Origin: Gekko japonicus
Taxonomy: Eukaryota
Direction: 5' to 3'
DNA length: 64,000 nucleotides
Assembly (NCBI RefSeq): GCF_001447785.1
Contig: NW_015165838.1
Span: 906,594 to 970,593 of the forward strand
The notes below the pieces were generated by a model that worked only from the letters and a program-made list of their open reading frames with translations, was not told the origin of the DNA and ran no database searches. A program made the translations under genes and the position numbers. This document shows positions 47,901 to 56,036 of the stretch, piece by piece (within the stretch, counting starts at the first letter, position 1; the number at the start of each line of letters is the position of its first letter).

Positions 47901-50900
47901 TAAGGGTACTTGAGAGGAGACGGATGGAGTGTAATGGCAGGGTCTCAGTTCATTACTCTCAACCTTTCCACAATTAAGGATACAACTGCTCATTAGTCTC
48001 TAATTCTGACAAATTTATTTCCTTCAGAATTATCGACTTCATTATTATTACTATTGATCCTATTTGGTTGTGCCTTAATTTTCAGGTGTTACAAATATAC
48101 AGCAAAGTAACTCAACCGTTTTTTTCAGCTAAATGCTGTAATAATCTGCTGTACAATCAGTTTGGTGCCTCCTTTGATCACTAAAATTATGGTTGCTGAA
48201 TGGAAGTTTCCATTCATTCCATCAAAACCACCCATATCTTTGCATTCACCACCTCAGCACACGTTTGACATATAGTTAGTGAATACACATGATGTGACCA
48301 ACCATGATCTCATGCTGAAAAGGCCATGAATACTTATCCATGAATACACGGATGCATGTAGATATGTTTGTCATCTAGTGAATAGTAGAATGTAATGTCT
48401 ATGGACAGAGGTTCTATGGACAGAGGTTCGTGACATTGAACATAAGACAGCAATCACCATCATCCCAAAGAAAAAGAAATGCAAGAAAGCAAAGTGGCTG
48501 TCTGATGAGACTTTACAAATAGCAGAAAAAAGAAGGAAAGCGAAAGGCAAAGGTGAAAAGGAAAGATTTACCCAACTGAATGCAGATTTCCAGAGAACAG
48601 CAAGGAGAGATAAGGAGGCCTTCCTGTATGAACAATGCAAAGTAATAGAGGAAAACAATAGAATGGGAAGGACTAGAGATCTCTTCAACAAAATTGGAGA
48701 AATCAAGGGAGCGTTCCATGATAAAGGACAAAAACGGTAGGAACCTAACAGAAGCATAAGAGATTAGGAAAAGATGGCAAGAATACACAGAAGAACTATA
48801 CAAGAAGGACCTCAAAGTCCTTGACAACCACAATGGTGTAATCACTGACCTTGAGCCACACATCCTGGAATGTGAAGTCAAATGGACCTTAGAAAGCATT
48901 ACTAACAACAAAGCTAGTGGAGGTGATGGTATCCCAGCTGAGCTATTCAAAGTCTTAAAAGAAGATGCTGTTAAAAGTGCTGCACTCAATTTGCCAGCAA
49001 ATTTGGAAAACACAATAGTGGCCACAGGATTGGAAAAGGTCAGTATACATCCCAATCCCAAAGAAGGGCAATGCCAAGGAATGTTCAAACTATCACACAA
49101 TTGCACTCATTTCACACACTAGCAAGGTCATGCTAAAGATCCTACAAGCTAGGCTTCAGCAGTACATGGATAGAGAACTGCCAGAAGTACAAGCTGGGTT
49201 TCAAAGAGGTAGAGGAACTAGAGATCAAATTGCCACCATTCGCTGGATTATGGAGAAAGCAAGAGAGTACCAGAAAAAAGATCTACTTCTGCTTCATTGA
49301 CTACGTTAGTCTTTGATTGTGTGGATCACAACAAACTATGGCAAGTCCTTAAAGAGATGGGAGTACCAGATCACTTCACATGTCTCTTGAGAAATCTGTA
49401 TAAGGGTCAAGAAGCGACAGAACAGAATATGGAACAACTGATTGGTTTAGCATAGGAAAAGGAGTACGACAAGGATGTATATTGTCACCTTGCTTATTTA
49501 ATTTATATGCAGAGTACATCATGCGAAATGCCGGCCTGGATGAGTCAGAAGCCGGAATTAAGATTGCTGGGACAACAACCTCAGATATGCATCCCCCCTC
49601 TTTTCAAAAAAAAAAATTAAAAGATGCATATCTGAGGTTGTTGATGACCGTGAAAAAACTGGAGAAATCCAAACAAGAGCTTAAAGAAGTGGATGCCAAC
49701 ACCAAGAAGCTGAAAAAAACAACTGCAGCTGATGGAGAAGACTCTTGAGAGTCCCTTGGACTGCAAGGAGATCAAATCAGTCAATCCTAAAATAAGTCAA
49801 CCCTGACTGTTCCCTCTAAGGTCAGATACTGAAGCTCAAATACTTTGGCCACCAAAGGAGAAGGGAGTACTCACTGGAGAAGACCCTGATGCTGGGAAAG
49901 ACTGAAGGTCAAAGAAGAAGGGGACGGCAAAGGATGAGATGGTTAGACAGTGTCAGAGATGAAAAAAACATGAAATTAAGCAAACTCCAGAGCACGAAGG
50001 AAGACAGGACGGCCTGGCGTGATGTGGTCCATGGGGTCGCAAAGAGTTGGACTTGACTGTGTGACTGAACAACAACAACAATAAAAAGAATGTAATGTAA
50101 TTTGGAATGGTAGATTGGAATGTATTTCTCTGGTCTGGTGACAGAGGAGACATAGCACTGCACAACCAATCACCCCACCTTAAAGAAAAGGATTCTGTTA
50201 GTTACTCCATGCTTGAGTGGAGACAGATGGAGCATAACAACAGGGACTCAGTTAATTACTCTCAGCATTCCACAATTAAGAAGGATACATTTACATATCA
50301 ATCTCCAATTTTGATATATTTATTTGCTTCACTATGTTTTCCCTTGGAATTAAACCTAAACAAATGGCATCCATATAAACTAAGGTTGTTATTCCTATTT
50401 AGTCCTTAAATCTGTTAAGCATCTTCATTATGTTGTATGCTAATTTACTACTCACCCTCTACCTATATGTATGGACTGGTAATTTCCAATTTTGTTTCTG
50501 TTTCTGTCTTGACTCTAATTGGCCCTTCCTGGGAACTAAACCCCTATCCTCTCTTTTTCAAAATGTAATGGTTGAGGAAATTTTGTTTCACTGCATCTGA
50601 AGAAGTGTGCTTGTACATGTAGGCTTATATCTTGAATAGAACTTTGTTGGTCTTAAAGGTGCCACTGGACTCAGACTTTGTGCAGTTTCAAAAGAGGTGA
50701 GCCATTTGGCATGGAGAACTGGCTCCTTCAGAAATGCAAATCTGAATTTGCCAAGAGTGTGCATTAACTGTGCATCTTTCCTTCAATCCAGGTGAACATG
50801 TTGCAGGATCAAGCATCAGTTTCACATACAAACGTGAAAGGTCGAGAGTCATTGGCAGCATCTGAGGATGGGAATGCAATGATATACTGCAGTCAGTGAT

Positions 50901-53467
50901 CTTTATTCTACCACTCCATTAGGCCAAGTCTGAAGGTTTCTCCCAAACTAAGGACCCTTCTCCCTGGTTAAGGGTTTGCCCTCCAATGAAAGCATCCCTT
51001 AGGCTGGGGGAACTCTCCTTATGCAAAGGCAAAAAAAGAGTTGGTTTTTATATCCTGTTTTTCTTTACCCTATGGAATCTTTAAGTGGCTTACAATTGCT
51101 TTCCCTTCCTCTTCCCACAGCAGTCACTTTGTGAGGTAGGTGGGGCTGAGAGAGCTCTAAGAGAACTGTGACTGGCTCAAGTTCACCCAGTAGGCTTCAT
51201 GTGGAGGAGTGGAGAATCAAACCTGGTTCTCCAGATTTAGTCTGCCACTCTTAACCACTGCACTGCATTGGCTCCATAATAACTTATCAACAGAATACAT
51301 TCTCTCACCTAATAGTGCAAAACATCTTCCATTACATGAGTTATTTAAACTAGTCTCTAATTCACAGATACTTAATTGGCAAGCTTAAATGTCTGCGATT
51401 CTAAACCTGCTAGGCTTGTTCACATATTTCACAGCCAATTATTTACACAGAACTTTACAGCTTTCTATGAAGCGTTCTAATTTATGGATATTCCATATAA
51501 CTGTTTGAAATAATCTGCAATGCAAAATTCAAGTAGATTCTTAAGTCTATTGTAACATTAACTATTGACAGGATTACATGATGCACAATTACAAAGTAAT
51601 AGCAGAGAAAAACTTGCTTCAGAACTTGGATTTTCCCCTTACCAGTCAGAAGCTGGAAATTCCCTTTACCAAAGATAAGAACCTGGTCAGCATTTTTTGT
51701 AGAAAGAATTATTTTATCTACAACTGTCCAGTCTTGAATGGTGTTTATGAGCGCAACAGCCTCAGCAAGTTGAAGTTCAGCTGTAACATCATAAAACAAG
51801 ATATTAGTACAGTCCTAATGATAAGTTTCCATAAGCACTCAATTATAATACAAAACTGGTGAAATTAGTACCTGAAAAGTTAAGTCAGAGACAAAACTCT
51901 AACCTATAACTTCAGCACAGTAGGAATTTGTCAACAAGTTTTCCATCTATCAATAAGTACACATGTACATATATAATCCACAAGCCACACCACTATAAAT
52001 ATTTAAATCAATAAAAATGAACACAGATTCAAGTAGCAGATATGTATTTACAAACCAGTTTCACATTTTCCTTCAAAGATTAATGTAACACTAGGAATAC
52101 TGTTTTAAAGCATAGAAATTAACATTAACATTAATAAATGTTTCAAAGATTTCACTTTGAAAGTGGTTAAGAGGCAGGAATGAACTAAGGAGTGAAAATG
52201 GCCTCGGGGAGTATGCCAACTCGCTTTACCCCACAGCACTACACTCTAGTGCTTCTGGAGTTTTTCAGTTCAGCTGTATTAATGATGGGTATTAGTTCAT
52301 TGACTTGCTGCCTCATGAAAACTATTAGCAGAGCAGGACACCAATTATCATCAGCAACTAAGCGTCTAAGCTAAAGGTCCTTGAGGCTCTGGGAGAGTTG
52401 CTAGAACTTGGTTATAGTTGCTCCTAACACCCACCAGTCTTCAACTGCAGTGGCCCACCAGGAAATTCCCCTGTAAGTTAATTTTATTTTTATTTATTTA
52501 TTATTAAATTTATACCCCGCCCTCCCCACAAGGGAGTCAATCTACCCCTGTTGAGAGGACCGCTAATACATTTGGCAGATTTGTCAACATAAAAGCCTGC
52601 AAAGGTTGTGTTGTCTTCCTTCTTCAGTACCAACACTGCCACACTATTCACTGAAACAGAAGAATCCCCAAAGATATATTTAAAAAACACTAGCGTACAG
52701 GACAAACCATTTAGTGACATGGAAACACCTGTGTCACACACGTTTGTCCAAACACAAGAATCAAGATTAATTCCTGCAAGTTCTTCTGCACAGGGGCAGG
52801 AACACCACGCCTTGTATCAACTCGCGTTCACTTTTACCTGTGCGGCTACATACCCGCACCATATACAGAAATCAATCGTTTTGGTTTTGCCACCCTGTGC
52901 AAGAGTAACGGTTCAGAAGGTGCACATAAAACTCAGCTGCAGCAATTTCCCCGCCTGGCGCTAGTATTCACGCAACACAGCTAAGGCTACAGTTGCCACT
53001 TGGACAACAAAGCCTCATAGGAACCGGCTATAAACACGAGTTTATAGCTGCCTGGCAACGTGCATCACACCTGTGGTTAGCCGAGCCTTGCCTGGCCCCC
53101 ATTTCACAGCTGGATGCACCACAAACACTCTCTGGACGCCAAATGGCAGAGAGGGCAGCGCCGATTCCAGCAGCTCGTCCTCAATCTCAAGTTCTCCGTC
53201 CTCCTCCTCCTCTTCTTCCTCCTCCTCCTCCTCCTCGCCTTCCTCTTCGTCGTCTTGGTCACCGCCGAGTCCTGTCCCCCACCTACCACCACCCTTATCT
53301 TGCTTTCCTCGAGTGGGCCCATTGCTCGACCCCAGGAAGCGGTAGCTGACGACACTGGCGTGCAAAAGCTTGGCAGGGCGACGCACCAGGCAACAAGCAG
53401 GTGCCAAAGGGAAAAGCGCGCGGAACCCCCGACGCAGCTGCAGTAGCTGCCGCCACCGAGAACCCAT
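32812..53467 (-). CDS. GTPBP6: GTP-binding protein 6 (mitochondrial HflX-family GTPase), complement join(53071..53467,51643..51780,45348..45418,44251..44381,41907..41977,40519..40677,36870..37078,35720..35868,34038..34190,32812..32971), 545 aa
   Basis: Ten GT-AG exons total 1638 nt in one open frame. HflX motifs are FDRYSVVLHIFRRNARTKEAKLQ, G1 GYTNCGKT, G2 LFATLD, G3 DTIG, G4 NKVD and G5 SAL. The Arg/Leu-rich N-terminus resembles a mitochondrial presequence. Confidence 0.95.
33325..33530 (+). mobile_element. hAT MITE (TIR CAGTGTTCCCTCTAAGCT)
   Basis: TIRs plus a perfect 8-bp TSD CCCACCAC (33317-33324, 33531-33538); a second copy starts at 45613. Confidence 0.85.
34038..34190 (-). CDS. GTPBP6: GTPBP6 exon 9
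   Basis: YHSTEPNAIAISALLGYGL...AGPQL; 153 nt. Confidence 0.93.
34253..34519 (-). mobile_element. Squam3-like SINE
   Basis: Closely similar to 6811-7088. Confidence 0.85.
35018..35214 (+). mobile_element. tRNA-derived SINE with CR1-like tail (Squam2-like)
   Basis: A box TGGCTTAGTGG and B box GGTTCAATCCC; other copies at 37417-37610, 7560-7745 (-), 30415-30500 and the window end. Confidence 0.75.
35720..35868 (-). CDS. GTPBP6: GTPBP6 exon 8
   Basis: DVIVHVRDISHP...VHNKVDLVD; 149 nt. Confidence 0.94.
36870..37078 (-). CDS. GTPBP6: GTPBP6 exon 7
   Basis: GKTTLIKALTG...LFATLD...DTIGFLSQLPH...DVAYS; 209 nt. Confidence 0.95.
37417..37610 (+). mobile_element. Squam2-like SINE; its 3' half is copied in the tandem duplication
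   Basis: Matches 35018-35214. Confidence 0.75.
37487..38420 (+). repeat. Tandem duplication, 2 x ~467 bp
   Basis: 37487-37953 and 37954-38420 differ by about ten substitutions, concentrated in the 3' half. Confidence 0.93.
40519..40677 (-). CDS. GTPBP6: GTPBP6 exon 6
   Basis: GETFMEIQ...ISVMGYTNC; 159 nt. Confidence 0.94.
41907..41977 (-). CDS. GTPBP6: GTPBP6 exon 5
   Basis: TNVRNEVAQMDQQRGGSRYIMGS; 71 nt. Confidence 0.92.
42878..43320 (-). mobile_element. CR1 LINE 3' fragment
   Basis: TTATGTTCT-type terminus plus ORF2 end (GAAGTACTTCCTTTT). Shorter copies at 7930-8105, 8938-9050 and 29080-29192; another CR1 3' type at 66-132 and 4136-4202. Confidence 0.8.
43722..44086 (+). repeat. Tandem duplication, 2 x 181 bp with GAT microhomology
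   Basis: 43722-43902 and 43903-44083 differ by one substitution. Confidence 0.95.
44251..44381 (-). CDS. GTPBP6: GTPBP6 exon 4
   Basis: KAFEEAWGVEVFDRY...AEIPILR; 131 nt. Confidence 0.94.
45348..45418 (-). CDS. GTPBP6: GTPBP6 exon 3
   Basis: DKIEELPHISAVFVNVERLSLPTK; 71 nt, GT-AG. Confidence 0.92.
45613..45819 (-). mobile_element. hAT MITE, same family as 33325-33530, opposite orientation
   Basis: TIRs; TSD CATAGGAC/CATAGTAC; inserted inside an older hairpin repeat. Confidence 0.85.
46150..46515 (+). mobile_element. L2 LINE 3' fragment
   Basis: TCCATTGGCTGCCAATT...TCCAAGGTAC...TTGAAAGACCACCTGCTCCC, resembling the L2 ORF2 end, then a T-rich 3' UTR. Confidence 0.55.
47010..47760 (-). mobile_element. 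Non-LTR retrotransposon ORF2 C-terminal fragment (RTE-X-like)
   Basis: LTVPKLRRAFTLARLNVLP..LEGKY...RTC.C...TIKHIIMECP...LR: a C-terminal CCHC domain broken by frameshifts. Confidence 0.65.
48399..50086 (+). mobile_element. Bov-B (RTE) LINE, 5'-truncated and internally deleted
   Basis: Bov-B ORF-like sequence (IPKKKKCKKAKWLS; GRGTRDQIA; LSPCLFNLYAEYIMRNAGL), (CAA)n tail, and TSD AGAATGTAATGT at 48387-48398 and 50087-50098. Confidence 0.92.
51040..51275 (-). mobile_element. Squam3-like SINE (shorter subfamily)
   Basis: Same head and tail, lacking the internal insertion. Confidence 0.75.
51643..51780 (-). CDS. GTPBP6: GTPBP6 exon 2
   Basis: AELQLAEAVALI...IFGKGNFQLLT; 138 nt, GT-AG. Confidence 0.93.
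53071..53467 (-). CDS. GTPBP6: GTPBP6 exon 1
   Basis: ATG at 53467 (MGSRWRQ...); encodes QRVFVVHPAVKWGPGK; donor G|gtgtga. Confidence 0.88.
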
Positions 53468-53960
53468 CAGGATTTCTGTGTGTAACACTCATTAAGTTCC
53501 CCCAGGCGCTGCGGTCCTCTCTCAAAACAAGTCCCCAACTAAACGAAAGCCACTCTGGTTGTTCTTCCTTCCCTCATGTACAGCGCAGGCGTCAGAAGCT
53601 TCTAAGCTCTGCCTACCACGTCACCTTCTGTCCCGAGCAGAAACAGAAAGGGGAGGGGGGAGGCTCTCAGTGGCGCTCCTTCGCAGAGACGGATGGCTCC
53701 AAAATCTGCTTCTATTAGACAAGCCGCGGCACGTGATCTAGGAAACCTTGGAACTCTCCCGTCCTTAGGATCGTCCGGCGAGCGGCTGCTGTGGGCGGGT
53801 TCGTCGCTGCTGCTGCTGCTGCTGTGATTGACGACGGGTATGCGCCTTTCCTTTCTTGACAGGCACCGGGCCCAAGACTCGGCCGGTGCAGCCCGCTGGG
53901 TAGGGGGGCTCGCGGGGTCAGCAATGCTGCCCGAATGTTGCTCCTGGGGTGAGGAGGACC
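53100..53960. promoter_or_regulatory. CpG-rich bidirectional promoter shared by GTPBP6 (-) and the STAG-like gene (+), including a probable non-coding STAG exon 1 ending at 53837
   Basis: CpG density is high relative to the rest of the window. Motifs: NRF1-like GCGCAGGCG 53583-53591, CCACGTCA 53616-53623, E-box CACGTG 53730-53735. Donor CGG|gtatgc at 53838. Confidence 0.7.
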
Positions 53961-55992
53961 CTCAGCTTGCAAGGCTTCGGCTTCTCTTGTTGCAGTTTTG
54001 TGCTTGACATCCTCCCTATGCATGCATTTCACTGTACTCTCGCTTTCTCCCGCGCTCTTCTTCTATTGCAACAAATGTCTCTTTCTTCTGCCCGGCTTTT
54101 TACGGAAGTTCACGTTGCATCCTGTCCATGCATTCTTCCCTTGTGCTGACGCCCTTCTTGCAAGGCGCTTGGGTCTTTTGACAGTTGCATGACAGAAATT
54201 CAAGCGTTAACCTGCCCTTGCTTTCTCTCTGGTGTGAAATCAACACCCAGTGATTTTCTACCTGTCATGCACTGTTAAAGGCATAGGGACGCTGCTTCAC
54301 TTCCCAAAAAGTGACCTGGCTGCCCTTTAGGGTGTGCTTCTGAAATTTTTTTGCATCATCACTGATGCTAGGATACACTTTGCAACATAGATGCAAGGCA
54401 TCACATTCTGAAGTTCCTTCTGTATTTTGATTCCATGCTCCTTAGATTTGCATTCATGAGCAGTTTCTGTTGCATTCTCTTATAGATGTGTCTGCATTGA
54501 ATCTACTTTGGTAAAATTACACATACATATTGATATCATTTTCTTTGTATTATATCTCACCGCAATACAGTGCTTTAAACTTTAAAGGAAGGTAGGTATG
54601 GATTGCAAGTAAAACAGAACTTCCTGATCATAAGAGCAGTTCACTCTGAACAAGTCTTACTAGTTTGGTTCTTGGAAGTTTAAAACAAACATTTGATGTC
54701 TTCTGTTTCATGGCACAAAGGTGGAATAGATGAACTGTGCCTTCGTATAGTAAAAGGCCACCTTTTCAATGCTGTGTCTTGGCTTTCATTTAGAAAAGTT
54801 GGCCACCTTTCGAATGAAACAGCAGATTATTTTCTAGTGGGGTTCTAGAGCAGGAACAAAGAAAATGTTTTCTAGCTAAGGCTGTCAAATAACAGGCTAT
54901 CCAAACTTTAGTTTAAACAGCAGTCAGGATCAACAACCAGTTAGGTTTTATTGATTTTTGTACGTTGTATACTGTCAGAAATTAATATCCGGCTTTTCTA
55001 GCAAAACAACTACTATGTTTTGCTATCCTCTGTCTTCTGTGGAACCTGTGTTATTGTGGGTGGAGAGAGGATGTGTAATTGGGGGGAGAGGTTCCTGTTT
55101 GGTTTTATTCCGCTCATTCTAATTTGTTTTGTTTTTTAGTGTAGCTGGTTTTTTATTGTAATGCATTTTATTTTAATTGCTTTAATGGCTTTTTATGGTG
55201 CAAAAAAGCAGCATTTAAATATTTTAATAAACAAATAGACAATAGGCTTGGTGTAATTCACATCTGCTAGTACTTCTGCTCTCACTTGTATGATGAGAGA
55301 CAGAGCTTAATTCAGTACAGCATGCTTCCACTCAAAATCATTAAGACTTTACATGGTGTAGTACGCTGAATACTGGCCTTGGACTAATGAGACTCAAGTT
55401 GCTTGTCCAGTTATACAGTTTGATGTGATGTCCTTCAGCAGTTAACTTTTCTTAGCCAAACAGAGCTCATAAGGCTGTTTTGGAGATAAAATAGGATAAC
55501 TCCAAATATGTCACCCTGAAAAAGTTGGAAATAAACATGTAACAAATGGAAAGATCTATTTATCTTTTTGATAAACCTTTTTTTTCCAGCCCAAGGAAAA
55601 AATCTTGCTAACTCCATTGTTGGTCTACTGCATTTTGAACACTAATGGTTTCCAAAATGGTATTTTACTGAAGGAGATTTTTGACTGATAGGATCATTCA
55701 CAAGTTTTGCCCCATGGGTTTGCTGCTAAAATAAAAAATAAGAATTTTTTTAGAATCTAGAATTTTGGCATTTAGTTTTAGAATTTCTGCTGTTAACATA
55801 TATTTTAAATGCTATAATTTGAGGTTTGTCCTGTCTTGCTTCTTTTTATTTTGTGCAGTTTTGCTGTTTGCTTCTCTTGATGGAGACCTGAAGAACATGA
55901 ATCTGGATCTCTGCTGCTTATATTCATTTTCATGCTGAAGTGTCTACTAAGGCTAAACTTGCTTTATGTGCTGCTGAGAGAATGTAGTGGCA

Positions 55993-56036
55993 ATGATAGC
56001 TGAACCCAATTCCGTTGTTAATCTCCCCAACCACAA
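55993..56036 (+). CDS. STAG-like first coding exon part ([15 protein letters not shown]); exon probably starts at 55859
   Basis: Strong acceptor tctttttattttgtgcag ending at 55858; GCAATGA start context; donor AA|gtaaga. Confidence 0.72.

Noticed and set aside
47924-50289. ~60-bp diverged direct repeat pair (47924-47982, 50227-50289) as LTRs around Bov-B
   Set aside because: No TG..CA termini, and Bov-B has its own TSD; probably old local duplicates.
53073-53446. Plus-strand poly-Ser, poly-Pro and poly-Leu ORFs
   Set aside because: These are antisense shadows of the GAG repeat in GTPBP6 exon 1.
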